NCBI GenBank assembly: GCA_003614145.1
Contig: KZ987746.1
Coordinates: 1 to 32,535 of the forward strand
Direction of reading: 5' to 3'
DNA length: 32,535 nucleotides
Origin: Piptocephalis cylindrospora
Lineage: Eukaryota
Positions within the stretch are counted from its first letter, which is position 1; every line of letters starts with the position of its first letter. A model generated the notes under the pieces. That model was not told where the DNA came from. It saw only the letters and a list, made by a program, of their open reading frames with translations, and made no database searches. Below, in pieces: positions 1 through 12,102 of the stretch. Made by a program: the position numbers and the translations under genes.

Positions 1-351
1 AGGAGGACAACGCTAAATCTTCCGGAGATGTATCAGTCTGCCGTGGGTAAACTTTATTCATTGATAGCATGAACATACATATAATTGAAGATGGGTGGAT
101 AATAGATCCATTCGATGATTGATAAACAGAGACACACGGATTGCCTTTCATGGAACCTATCGTATAATCACTTGGCCTTGAACCTCGAAGCAAGAGCTAG
201 AAAAGTGTCAATCAACCCATCAGCAGTATTGGACAGTCGATATGATCACAGATAGAGTATTATTAACGGAAGAATAGATAAGACCTGAATTTTGAAATCA
301 TTATGCATTGTGCTTTCCAAGTGTTCAAAATTATGCTTCTTGAATGGTCTC

Positions 352-3300
352 TCAGGAAAGCATGACTTGATCCAGATATCGCAACACGACAGTAGCTAAA
401 GGAGAGGGTCGGTTAGAATGCATAGATCCCCCTTCACTAAAACTCGCCAATTCCAATTCTTACCTTCGGCATAGGTGTTCTCTGGCTCTTCAAAGAACAA
501 GACATCATTGTCCTCTTCCTCCTTTTTCTTCCTATTCGCCTGCATCCTATCAATCAGAATGGCGCGATACTCCGGTAAAAGAGGCTTAAACCTGTTAAAG
601 CAAAGGGTAAGCGCGTACTCCGGACAGGGCTGAAGCTAAGTAGGGGAGAAAAAGGTAAGTTTTATGAATAATAGCCGATAAGCGGCGTGTAGCACTGAAC
701 CAACATACATGAGCATTCTCAAAGGCCTTTGCAATCTCATTGCGAACCTCTTCATCGTCATCCTAACGAAACGCACAGAGAGAAGATTAGTCATCTACAG
801 GGATAGGATCCATCTTCTAATGATCATCACCTACCTGAAGCAAAGTCACCAGAATATCCAAAATGGTCAATCCAGCCTCCTTATCGTCATTAGAGGAAAG
901 GGAATCAAGATTCCCAAGGGAAGCTTGACCAAGGAAGGACACCATGGCCACGGCTCCAGCCTCGCGGTAAGCAGGGGACTGACGAGGTTGAACCATGGTA
1001 AGAAGGTAAACGCACCATTGTACCGATCCAGGGCCCCAGGGATCCTGGCCATGGACGCGTCCCTGAAGGGGTAGGAGCTGAACACTAGAGATACGGGTAG
1101 CTTCGGCTCTGATCAACACTTGTCCCAAATCCTCCTTTTCCTGTTTGATAGCTTGGTCATGTCCTAGACGTTCTGAGTTAGAAGGGAGATGATGACGCTG
1201 AAGGGAGGAGAGGATAAGAAGGGAAGAGGATAGACATCTGGATTCATCCGTGCTCTTGGCTATCTCTAGGATCGTACTGTATAAAGAATTGATATTTTCC
1301 TTAGTCCAGCTACGTTGGGGGAGGGGGTATGGAGTGAGTGAGAAAGAGAAGAAGTTATACTCATTTTTTCTTTCAAAAGGCTTACCCAGCTAAGAGACTC
1401 TCCCCAGCTTGACCAGAAGTCTCTTCCAAGGTCTGGTAAAGCATGTTGAGAAGGATGCGCCGAAGGAAGGGATGTTCCATGCTAAGGGTCTCCCCGAGTG
1501 TGGAAGGCGTAGGGGAAAGGAGGATGAGGCGGATAAGCTGCTCTACCCATCGATCCCACCCAATCAAGGAGGGATCCTGAACAGGATGATCCTTGCCGTA
1601 TGCAGCCCTGGCCAGTTCTTTAACCGCCCTTCTTCCCACTTTTTTCTTGAGATAAAGCAGTCCACCGGTTCCTTCTTCCTTTTCCTCCTTTTCCTCCTCT
1701 TCCTCCTCCTCCTCCATCCCGGCGAGTGACCAAAGAATACACTCGACGGCCAAGGCCGAGAGAAAGGGAACCGAAGTATGTGTGATCATCCATAAGCGCT
1801 TAATGGCCTGATCAAGAGCAGGTCCCTTCCAGGATAGGGTGAATCCGGCACGCGTAAACCTCTGTCTCCCGATTCCTGCCCTCAGAGCCATGAGGATCCC
1901 GTGAAGCCTATTGGCCCTTCCTGGCTGGGTGAACGGGCCCTCGTCCGCCCTCAGGACCATATCCAAAAGAGCATCACACTCAGAGGTGATGGTATCTGGG
2001 GCGAGAAGGGCAACATAAGCCTTGGCTGCCATATTTCGAACATACATCATCGGATGATCAAGCAAAAGAGCACGAGTAGCTTTTTGCAGGGTGTGAAGAT
2101 CATTGGGGGAACCCGAGTGGGATAGGGAAGTGGAAGTGGTGTCGAGGGAGGCGAGGAGGGTAAGAATTGGATGGTAACCAAGGTGTCGATTGGAATGGAT
2201 GGATGTCTTGGTGATGGGGGTATCAGACCCATCGGATCCACGAGCCGCGGACCCCTCATGACTCCCGACCATCAAACCTTCCTCAAGAACCTTACGAACC
2301 TTAGGGTACCGATGGAAGAATTCTCGGGTAGTCAAGGTATTCTCCATACCCGAAGTGGAACCTGAGGAAGAGGAGGAAGATGCAGGAGAAATAGAAAGGG
2401 AGACCTCCTTGGCCAAATGCTTCCTTCCAAAGATCCGGCCCACCAGGGTGGAGAAGCACATGAGAGAACAATTACGGATGGCCCAGCTGGGGGAGGAGAA
2501 GCCCTGAAGGACGAGGATGAGAGAGTCACCCAGATACGGAGTAGTCTTTAACCCAAACCCACTGTGGGATAGGATCAAACGAAGAGAATTCAGAGCGTGA
2601 ACCTGAGGTAAATCCTCCTCCTCCTCCCCACCCTCTTTGGCAACCTGGAAAGGGACGCGAGCAATGGAGGAAAGTTGGGCAACAACACGATCCATATCTT
2701 CCTGTCCCATGCACTCGAGGATACTGACAATGGCCCAGGGAAGGGCAGCGGACCTACGCGTGACGGAGACGTGGTAAGCGCTTATCATGTTGACGGTATG
2801 CTCAAGAAGTAGATCGGGCTGCTTGGTAAGTTCGGGATGCAAGGAGGGGGAAAGATGGGTGAGGAGCCGACAGGTATCCTGAAAGGCAGGGACAAGGTGT
2901 GTAAATGCTCCACGATGCCTCAGGTCCAGGAGGGTTTGATGAAGGGTTCGAACCATAGTAGCCTAGAAAAAGGGGGAGAGGTAAGAGACATGTACATCAA
3001 AGAGACAAGTGCAGAAAAATATGTGTTCCATCATAGAGGCACGACAATCCACTTACAAGGCCAGAGAGCTGATCAGGTTGAAGTAGGGGAAGAACAGCCT
3101 GGATAACACCACTAGTAGTAGCAAGATGAATGATTACAAGATGTAAAGCTCTGAGCCAACTCATGCTAATCAAAAAGACTCACCTGCTACCCTTCATGGC
3201 ACGCCAGCAAAAGCTACTGAGAACCTGATGCTTGGGACCAACGGCCTTAAAAAGCTCATCAAGCCCCTCGCCACCATCCTCGAGGATCCAATTGCCCTCA

Positions 3301-5907
3301 GGGGACTCATCGGAAAGGACAGCGTGGACCGAAGCAATGATCCTCTGGGTCAAAGAGAGGATGTGAACAAGGGGCAGGGACGAGGGGGCGGTGTTAGCGA
3401 CAGTGGAGGTAGGACGAGGAAGGAGACCTAAACACTTTTCTAGAGTGAGCAAGGAACCATGCAAGGGATGATGAAGAGAGGCATCAATAAGATCTGCTTC
3501 CGCGCGTTGAACCTTCAGCTCCAAGGCATCGACGAGACCTTGGATAAAAGTACTGGCATTCAAGGAAGAAGGAGCGGCGAGGTCAAGGACACCAAGAGCC
3601 CTACGAATCTTTTCTACATCACCTCCTCCTGAATCATTGACTGATAAAGAGGAAGGATAAAGGACATATTTGCTCAGATAGAGCTGGATGAGTAGGGCAC
3701 CGGTCTCAGCATCTCCAGCACGAAGATTCCCGATGAGCAGGGTGCCTTGATGGAGGAGAAGGTCAATGGCCTGATCAGATGGGATTCCAGGAAGAGGAGA
3801 GGGAATGATAGAGGGAGAAGAAAGGAAACGGGAGGCACAATGGCGAACATCCTCAAAGCGGTTTCGGAGAAGGGAAAGGAGGGAGGAGATGAGCTCGGGA
3901 GAGTGGACAAAGGTGCGAATGGAGTGCGAGACTTCAGGGTCTCTAGTGGGATTGGGGGGAATCTTGGAAGAGATGTGCTCCAGGATGGCGAGACCGGTCA
4001 TAATACGGGGATGTTGAGCTCCGGGAAAGAAGGAGTAAGTAAGGATGAGATCCTGTATGAGGAACTGAATAAACTCCAAGGCCTGTTGGATGGCCTGGCC
4101 ATGCAGTGAGGAAAGGGCTCCCTTTTGTTGGCGGGCCAGATCCTCCCGACGCATGAGGGAAACGCTAGCATGGATACGATCGACGGCCTTACCGACAGCC
4201 TTGTAGACTTTTTGACGGAAATAAGGGGAGGTGGAGTTGATGTTTCGGATGAGAAAGTTGCGAAGGAAAGCATATTCGCGGTGAGAAAAGGATTGAGTGG
4301 ACCTTCTTTGCTGGACAACAAAGAGAAGTGCATCGACACGGATCTCATCATCCTGGTCATAGGCAGCCACCTCGAGGATATCGTAGACCCGATATTCTAT
4401 GGAAAGGAAAGATGAGCAGGATGGTTTGGGGGATGAGGGGAGTGGACAGGAACACTAGAGACTTACGTTGAACCTGCTGATCATTTTCGAGGATGCCCAA
4501 GACACGGGCCACTTGAAGAATAGTCATGATAGGACGTAGAGGATGACCAGATTTGGGAGTGTAGATGGCGGCTGGGGGAGGCAGAGATGGATCGTGAGCC
4601 TCATGACCCAAAGCACGGAGAAGTTGAAGGGTAAGGGAGGGACAGGCTTCCAGGATGGGGCGGAGGATGTAGGTACCAGTGTGATTGACCACTAGAGAGT
4701 CTCTAGCGGTTAGGAGGGTACAAATAATGTCGAGGCAAAAGGCGCGTGGGGAGTCTGTGTCCTTGGTGGAGGGTCCAAGGGCTCTCTTCATTAAACTAAC
4801 CAGGACCTTTGCAGCCCTGGAAGCCAAGGACTGGTTGGACAGGGCCTTGATGGGATCTTTAAGCAAGGAAGGCTCCATGAGTGGCGTATCGGATAGGTAA
4901 GGGATAGTAGCTTCCATCAGGGTGTACTTGATCTAATGAAAGGTGAGAGAGAGGTGGTCAATGGAATGAATAGAGGGCCCGACATAGACCGTAGACCCTA
5001 CCTTCTTGGTCCAGTCCAGGGAGGTAAAGTGAACCCAGCAAGAATGGATAAAGGGCTGAAAGGAGGGGGATATTTCCTTGGAGGGAGAGGGAACCTGAAG
5101 TGTGAGATACTGAACATGAAGCTCATGAACCTTGTGCTGAATGACCTCCTCAGAATTACTGCAGTTGTCGGTGATGATCTGAAGAAGATGATCCTGGAAG
5201 GATTGACCAAAGATTTGGGACATAAGGCGGTGATGAAGAGCAGGATTGTTGAGTTTGGCAAGGCCCTGGCGGGCCCTGGACATAAGCATGGTCAAAGCCT
5301 CGTACGCGACGACTTGGGCCATGAGACAGGAAGAGGGGCGGGAGGACCGGTCGAGGGTGGCGTTCCATAGATCCTGGACGAGGAGTGAGCCTGGGCCAGA
5401 AAGGCCAGGACCGCACAATTGGGGGAAGGGCAAGTGACTAAAGAGGGCCTTGACAAGAGGCAAAGTAAGAAGAGAATGGGAACGAGCAAGCATCTCCTCC
5501 AGTTGATAGGAGAGGTCCGAGACACGACGATAGGCTGTGTCCGTAGGGGCCCATAAGGAGTGGAGGGTGGCGTTGGCCTCTGCCTGGGGCAGGAGGGGAA
5601 GGAGAAAGGCGAAGGCCGAGGAGGCGACCTGAGCGACATCTCTAGCAAAGGGAGGGTGGCCCGTAACCACGATGATGGTGTGGAGAAGGGAAGGGATGAC
5701 AAGGGTCATCTGGTCCATTTCTTCCTGGGAGCCAGAGGAAGAGGCTTGACGACGGGTCAGACGAGTCAGGAGGTCGCGTCCGTGCTGCAGGGCTTGGGCC
5801 CGGGCGAGTTCAGCACCCTGGACCTCACGGTCCCCTAGGGCCAGGACCTTTGCCAGGGTCTCCTCGTACCTTGTGAGGAGGGTAAGGGTACTTTCCTTGG
5901 AGGACAT
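352..5907 (-). CDS. TRM732: THADA/Trm732-family HEAT-repeat protein (DUF2428; tRNA 2'-O-methylation cofactor), about 1653 aa, 9 exons
   Basis: Exons 5907-5002, 4932-4467, 4396-3184, 3111-3057, 2962-1386, 1309-835, 762-709, 635-464, 395-352. All eight introns are GT..AG (68-94 nt) and splicing joins ORFs 4933-5970, 4357-4917, 3180-4370, 1382-2956 and 817-1128 into one frame. Family motifs: LSDESPEGN, FCWRAMK, LRHRGAF, VTRRSAALP, VHALNSLR, WAIRNCSLMCFSTL, FFHRYP, LLQDDDEEVR. Confidence 0.9.
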
Positions 5908-6609
5908 GAGGGCGTATTTAGAGGGGGAGGAGAGGGGAAGTGAGGAAAGGGAAAGTAGGTGTGCAAACACCTGTCTGCTGCTATTCTTTCTTTTTTATCT
6001 AGTGGATGTGGCACAGAGATAGGATAGGTATGGATGCTTGAGCAAAAAGGACAACTTTGATCCTTTCTCCTGGATAAGCATTTTATCATTCCTGATTTGG
6101 CTGCATCTTTACTCGTTTTCTATTAAAAGAAGAGGATCTTACATGATGCAGATCTATGAATGGATGCGGTGGGATCGATGTAGCTCCTGGTACCATGCAG
6201 GCTAGCCTTATGGGCGAGTATCGCATTCGGATGCCCCCATGTCTACCCCATCGGGGAAATAAAATGGGTTTATCATCATCATTGATGTACAAGCCCTGAC
6301 GCTCGTATCAATGCGTGAGTTGGATTGCAGTGTTTACACCACAATGGCGCTTTCTTCATGGGCCCACTGCACGGCGTACTTATCCCATAAACTGGATAGG
6401 AAAGGGACATTAGAGTACCAAAGCATGGTATGTGGATGCAAAAGGAAAAATATTGAGAAGTGGGAGGAAAAAGAACATCAAAGAATGCATTGTTATCATT
6501 CACCATCCACATTGTGTTGCTATCCAGTAACAAAGTCTCAGCACCCTTGCCGTGTTTGATGGGCATGGAGAGAGGGACGGGGGAGAGAGAAAGGTAAATA
6601 ATAAGTAGC

Positions 6610-7272
6610 CTAATTGATTTGAAGCTTTCCGTTAGACTCGGATTGGCCGTTAGGCGCGCTGGATTGATCGTCGGTCGACTGATCATTAGACGAGACAGAG
6701 TCATTGCTAGATGAGACAAAGTTATCATTGGACACACCCGAGTTAGAAGGGGGGGCATTCCCTTGAGGGCTATCCTGGGTGCTCTCAGGGTCTTCCTCCC
6801 ATGCGGCGCCAGCCTTCGTCCTAGGAGGCTCAATGACGACGATCAGATCCGCTGAGACGGATTTATTACCAAGAAGAGTCGTGCCACGGAACGTACTTCT
6901 TCCCGAGGGGCCAGAGGAAGAGGAGGTGTTCGTGGCGGTGATGTTGATGTAGAGATGAGCGGAAGAGAAATCAAGCTGGAAGGGGAAGGTGACCTTGGTA
7001 GCACCCTTGACGTAGGGGGCATAAGAATGAAGAGAGACAGAGACATCATTCTGAATTTTGAAGGTCCAAGTGGCATTGAGATAGGGTTTGGATGGGTCCA
7101 TATGCGAGAGGGCGTTGCCAGCATTCATGGCACCGTTGTACCAGCCGCCCCCATAGCCACCACCACTGCTCCCCGTACCACCTCCACCACCAGTGTTCCA
7201 ACCAGCGGCCAGGAGGCTGGACGGCGCCATAAGGACCAGAGTGGTCAGGAGGGAAAAGGTAGGTAGGTGCAT
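6610..7272 (-). CDS. Predicted secreted protein of unknown function, 220 aa, intronless
   Basis: ATG at 7272 begins a signal-peptide-like segment (MHLPTFSLLTTLVLMAPSSLLAA). It is followed by a Gly-rich stretch, a beta-strand-like core and a Ser/Asn/Asp/Gln-rich tail. A CT-rich tract and TATAAA lie upstream. Confidence 0.75.
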   Translation of the reverse strand: MHLPTFSLLTTLVLMAPSSLLAAGWNTGGGGGTGSSGGGYGGGWYNGAMNAGNALSHMDPSKPYLNATWTFKIQNDVSVSLHSYAPYVKGATKVTFPFQLDFSSAHLYINITATNTSSSSGPSGRSTFRGTTLLGNKSVSADLIVVIEPPRTKAGAAWEEDPESTQDSPQGNAPPSNSGVSNDNFVSSSNDSVSSNDQSTDDQSSAPNGQSESNGKLQIN

Positions 7273-7530
7273 GTTGATACGGGAGGGTTGGGTAGAAAAG
7301 TTGAATAGACGGCCTGCGTCGATGAGGAATGAGATGGAGATGAGGGAAACAGCGCGCAACACAAGGGGAGATTGATGTTCCTAAGGAGGGGGGGAAGAGG
7401 GGTAGAGCAAAGGGGTAAAGCAAGAAAAATTGGCAAGACCAAATGGCAAGTGGAGAGAAGGGAGAGGGGAGAGGGGAGAAGGATGGGGAGGGTGGGGAAC
7501 TGGAGGAGTTTCAATGAAAAGGCTGAGTGC

Positions 7531-7536
7531 TTTATA
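7531..7536 (-). promoter_or_regulatory. Putative TATA box of the 220-aa secreted protein gene
   Basis: TATAAA on the minus strand about 260 nt upstream of ATG 7272, followed by a long pyrimidine tract. Confidence 0.4.
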
Positions 7537-8430
7537 CCTGGCGGAGGCTGGACAGGAAGTCTGAGAGGGTGGGACCATTGAGCCTATCTGCATCCGTGTG
7601 TGTATAAAGACGAGAGAGGCGAGCGCCAAGCAAGTGGGAATGAGAGATGAGATAGGACGATGCCATAGAGGCTAGAAGAAGAAACACCATTGGTGCGCCA
7701 GTACAGACAGGTCCTGAGGGCGGGGTGATAAAGTGATCGGAGTTTGAAAAGACATCGCACACGGTGTAGAGACGACTAGAACGACCAAGGGCATCTGATA
7801 CTTGTCGGGGTAAAGAGATGAAGGGAAGAGTTTCTTGGAATAACAAGTGCATGTAGATGATGTATGGTTTTTTAGGCGATACACACTTGAGTCAGGAATA
7901 TGTTTCTAACCCATTCCTGAGTGTTTCTCAAGTAGGGGCATCTATGAGAATGATAAAATCGGCGTACTCTCTCTTTGTCAAGCAGGTCAGGAGGGTTCAA
8001 CAATGCCGTATCCGCCCATTTGATCAACGTGTGTGAGGCATTGCTATTATCGTTATTATTATTATTAGGGACCAAGCCCCCAATACTTCTCTCCCTGTAC
8101 CTCTAAATAGTCTGTGAATACGAACGTTTCATCTCGAATCGCTCTGTCCTTTCATCTAGGGATAAAGATCAAGGAGGGGTAAAGTACGTGTTTGGGAGTT
8201 ACCATGCGGTGCCTCAAGACACAGAGCCCCCGTTTACACCCATCCGGACCACATGTATCAGGCTTTACGATGCAAGGACTACGACGTGCAGGTAGTATGC
8301 CTATCCCACAATGGGCTCATATATACGTACACAGACATACAGATCAATATCAATTGGCATCATGGAATAATAATAAAAAGAGGCCAAATCTTCATCCGCT
8401 TCCCCGATGAAACACATACTCCAAGATTGA

Positions 8431-10471
8431 TTAATCAATCCGCTTGTACATCTCGTCCAGCTGATCCTGGAAGGTCTCTTGGACCTCCTTGCGCTTCATC
8501 TTCTGAGCAGCGGTAAGAAGGTTGTTCTCGGCGGTCCACTCCTCCTCGCAAAGGTAGCAATCGGCGATAAGTTCAGTGCCCTTGAGGCCACCAGCCTTGG
8601 CCTCGGCAACGATTTCCTTGAGGAGCTGCTGTCGGACCTTGGGGTCCTCACAGGCTTCGTGGAACTGGAGGTTGCCCTTACCCTGGGACTTTGCGACACG
8701 GAGAACCTCCTTGGCAATGGGGTGGATGAGGGCGACGGCCGAGTGGTGGTAGGAGTTGGCGCAGACACAAATGTTGCCCACGGCCTGACAGGACTTGTAG
8801 ACGGATTCGAGCTTCTCCAGAGCAATGTACTCGCCATTGGCCAGCTTGACGAGGTTCTTCTTACGGTCGATGATGGAAAGGAGACCATTATCGTCAAAGG
8901 AACCAATGTCTCCGGTCTTGAACCAACCATCTTCGGTGAAGGCCTCCTCGGTCTCCTTTTCCATCTGGTAGTAGCCCTTGGTGACGGAGGTACCGCGGAT
9001 CCAGACCTCACCTCGGGGATGAGGCTTATCGGAGGAGGTGTAGCCGGCATCGGGACAGTCAACCAACTTGACCTCGACACACGGGACGGGGGCACCGGTG
9101 CGACTGAGCTCAAAGGCTTCTGGGGGAAGGATGGTGCACATACCACAGGTCTCGGTGAGGCCGTAACCCTGGAGAACAGTGCACATGATGGTAGAAAGGA
9201 GCTTCTGGGACTCCCGAGAAATGGGGGCACCACCACTCAGGACGTAGCGAAGACGTCCACCGGTCTGATCCTTAACGGATCGGAAAATGGGATTGGCCCA
9301 GCCGGAAGGGATACCGGCCTGGGTACAGGCCCACTTGGCCTTGCAGGCGGCATTGAAGATGGCCCGGACAATGGGGTTGGAGTTGGAAACCTTGTCCATG
9401 ACCCCCTTACGGATCTTGTCCCAGACGGCAGGAACTCCGGCCATGAGAGTGGGTCTCAGAGCGCGGATATCACCCTTGCACTTGCGAACGGAGATGTCGG
9501 ATAGGGTGCGAGGAGAGCCGTAGCCCAGGGAGACGCCCCAAAAGATGCACACGGTCTCCACGGCAAACTCCAGGACGTGGGCTAGGGGAAGATAGGCCAG
9601 AAGGGTATCCTTTTCTCCGACATGGAAGCCCAGGATGGCCTGGACCCCTCCAATGGTGCCGACCAGATTGGCGTGGGTAAGGAGGACACCCTTGGGGGTA
9701 CCGGTAGATCCGGAGGTATACATGATGCATGCAAGGTCCTCGGGCTTGGGGGGGGAAGGCAGGGATGAGGTTATCCTTGCCCAGGGCACGGATCTCATCC
9801 AGGGTGTGGTAGGAGGGGTGGGAGTCACCTTCGGAGGAGGCGGTGTCCTCCTGGGCCTTGGTAGAGTCTTGAGCGGAGCCATTGTGCACAATGTGCTTGA
9901 GATGAGGGGCCTTGCCGATGACCTTGATAGCGACCTTGAGAAGATCGGGGTTGGTGAAGAGGACAGAGGCCTTGGTCTGGTTCAGGGCATGAAGGAGACC
10001 TTCCTCACCCAGGGTGTCATAGGCAGTAGCAATGGTGATGGACTGCTGGAAGCAGGATTGAGCCATAATCATCCAATCGGCGGAGGTGGCGGCAAAGATG
10101 ATGAGTCGGTCCTGAGGCTGCATGCCAATCTTGAGGAGACCCGAGGAGATGAGGCCACAATCCTTGACGACCTCGTTGTAGGATTTCCAGGTATAATCCC
10201 CGAGGGTAGGGAAAGTCCAGGTTTTAGTCTGGACCTCGCCGTTCCTCGTGACCTGGGTTTCCTCCTCGACCGAGCCGAGGACGGGACGGGTTCCGAAGAG
10301 GGGTTTATCACCAAAGCGCTCGGCTGATACATGAAGAATGTCGTACAGGGTCTTCATTCGCTCGTCGGGGGTTTCAACAATCTTATCAGGGGAGATGACG
10401 GACCGGTACACGGGGGATTCACCCTTCTGGGCCTCTCCAACTGGGATGGAGAAGGGGGCTTGTGTGGTCAT
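8431..10471 (-). CDS. FAA1: Long-chain fatty acyl-CoA ligase (Faa1/Faa4/ACSL3-4 type), about 679 aa if the +1 frameshift at 9748-9755 is corrected
   Basis: N-terminal half is in ORF 9470-10471 and C-terminal half in ORF 8431-9891. AMP-binding motifs IMYTSGSTGTPKGV, YLPLAHVLE, QGYGLTE, GWFKTGDIG, IIDRKKNLVKLANGEYIALEKLE. The frames switch at TTC CCC CCC C AAG. Paralogue assignment is uncertain. Confidence 0.9.
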
Positions 10472-10885
10472 TTGAGGCTAAGGAGTAAAGATAAGAGTGA
10501 GAGTGAGAGTAGGTGTTGGGAAAGTGGGGATGGGAGGGAATTAAGGGCAATGAGAGCTGATCAGGAAACAGTAAGAGAGTGGAAGGGGGGAGGAGGGGTG
10601 ACAGGGAGGGGGAGTGAGAAAGGTGGGTTGGATGACCCTTACTTATAGAAGAGTGTGACAAGGGCATGATGATGAAGCCTTGAGGGTGGAGAGCGCATCG
10701 AGACGTGGTGATGGTGATGGTGGTGAGGTGGGGCATCCATCCCCGAGGCCTGGGAGGAGCTGAAGGATAAGGCCCAAAGGAGTATGGGTGTGTGCCTGCC
10801 AGGCCGGGGGTGTGGGGGTGGGTGGCTGGTCGCTCTTGATGATGGTCATGTCACCGCTGTGCCCCACCACCCCACACCTACCATG

Positions 10886-10886
10886 A

Positions 10887-10918
<32 letters not shown>

Positions 10919-10922
10919 TACA
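10886..10922. repeat. (CA)n microsatellite, imperfect
   Basis: acacacatacacacacacacacacacacacacataca upstream of the acyl-CoA ligase. Shorter (TG)n at about 11004-11013 and (CA)n at about 11130-11141. Confidence 0.9.
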
Positions 10923-11656
10923 TTGTGGGTACTCGCGCCCGTCGGTCTTTTTTTTCTCGCTCTCTCTCCTCTCCATCCCTTATGAAGCACAGTGTCACTT
11001 TATGTGTGTGTGTGGGGAAGACGTGGGGTGGGTGGGGAAGTGTGCAAGTCGTATGGGAGAAGGAACAGTGTGAAGGAGGCATAGATAAGATAGAGTGAGT
11101 TAAGTATGTGGGGAGGAGGATTCATTCACGCACACACACACTGAAAACTGGACTGGCCATGTTATACAGATTGGTACAGCATTGTATCTTAATCTGACAT
11201 CTCCATTCTGCACAGAACGGTCAAAGGTTACTCCTACCAATCATAGCCGCTGAAGCTCCCTTTCCTCTTTATTCATGTTGCTTTTGCTAGACCAAACGTG
11301 AAGGATTATCCTTTTGGAAGGTCGTGAGGACAAATAAGGTCATCTCTTCAGGAGGCCAGTGCTGCCGTATCAACGATGTGGCAACCACCCTGGAGTTTCG
11401 AGCGAGTGCGGTGGATGCTCGCATGGAGCGTTGTGCCGAGTCTGCCTAGTCATACCCATCTCTTCCCAGCACATAATGATAATGCGAATAATATGGCAGG
11501 ACGCATGGACGGGAGAGAGGATGGACCGATCTTCCGTCCTTTTGTAGCTGCTTTCCTTAAGTCTCTGTTGATAGCGCGAGAGACAGTGTTACATGCTGGA
11601 GCATCCAGGTGTAGTAAAATACTTGACAGCAGCATCATGCTGAAGGGTTTCTACAC

Positions 11657-11671
11657 ATATATATATATATT
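11657..11671. repeat. (AT)n microsatellite
   Basis: atatatatatatat in the FAA/MSP1 divergent intergenic region. Confidence 0.8.
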
Positions 11672-12102
11672 TAAATTGATGTACTACTGGTGAAATACTT
11701 CGTTGTACACACAAACCATCGTTTCCTTTATCGTGTCTGATACATTCTACACGCTAAAAACCCCAATTCACTCATTTATGGAGCAGCCGTCCAAGCCATC
11801 AGACAATACCTGTAGTTTTTATATATCCTTGCACTATTTCTCGTTTTGAAATATCATAATGACTTTTCGTTTACTTTTCGCTCTGCATCAGATTTCTACA
11901 AGCGCTCCCCCTCCCCCTCCCCCCATACACACATGTACACCTGCCTCGGTCCTGGCACCCCTCTCCCACTCCTCCTCAAGCCCCTAAAGCCTTGAGACCC
12001 GGGAATGTGGAACGTGCAGTCCTTGGTCCTTTCAACCTTCCTCTTCGCTTTGTTATCGTTTGTTTCTTACTCTTCATCCCCCAACCCCTCCCCCCTTTTC
12101 AC

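Noticed and set aside
1..50. Possible 3' end of a + strand gene (…EDNAKSSGDVSVCRG*)
   Set aside because: Only 15 codons visible; no motif to support it.
775..796. ACAGAGAGAAGATTAG resembling the U6 snRNA ACAGAGAAGAUUAGC core
   Set aside because: It is the reverse complement of the branch point and pyrimidine tract (GACTAATCTTCTCTCTGT) of TRM732 intron 6; the rest of U6 is absent.
8479..10327. Long antisense and alternate-frame ORFs (341, 246, 230 aa) over the acyl-CoA ligase
   Set aside because: Expected shadow of strong C/G-ending codon bias; no protein-like motifs.
11359..11693. Short ORFs and 6-8 bp stems in the FAA/MSP1 spacer
   Set aside because: No recognisable motifs; stems are at a level expected by chance.
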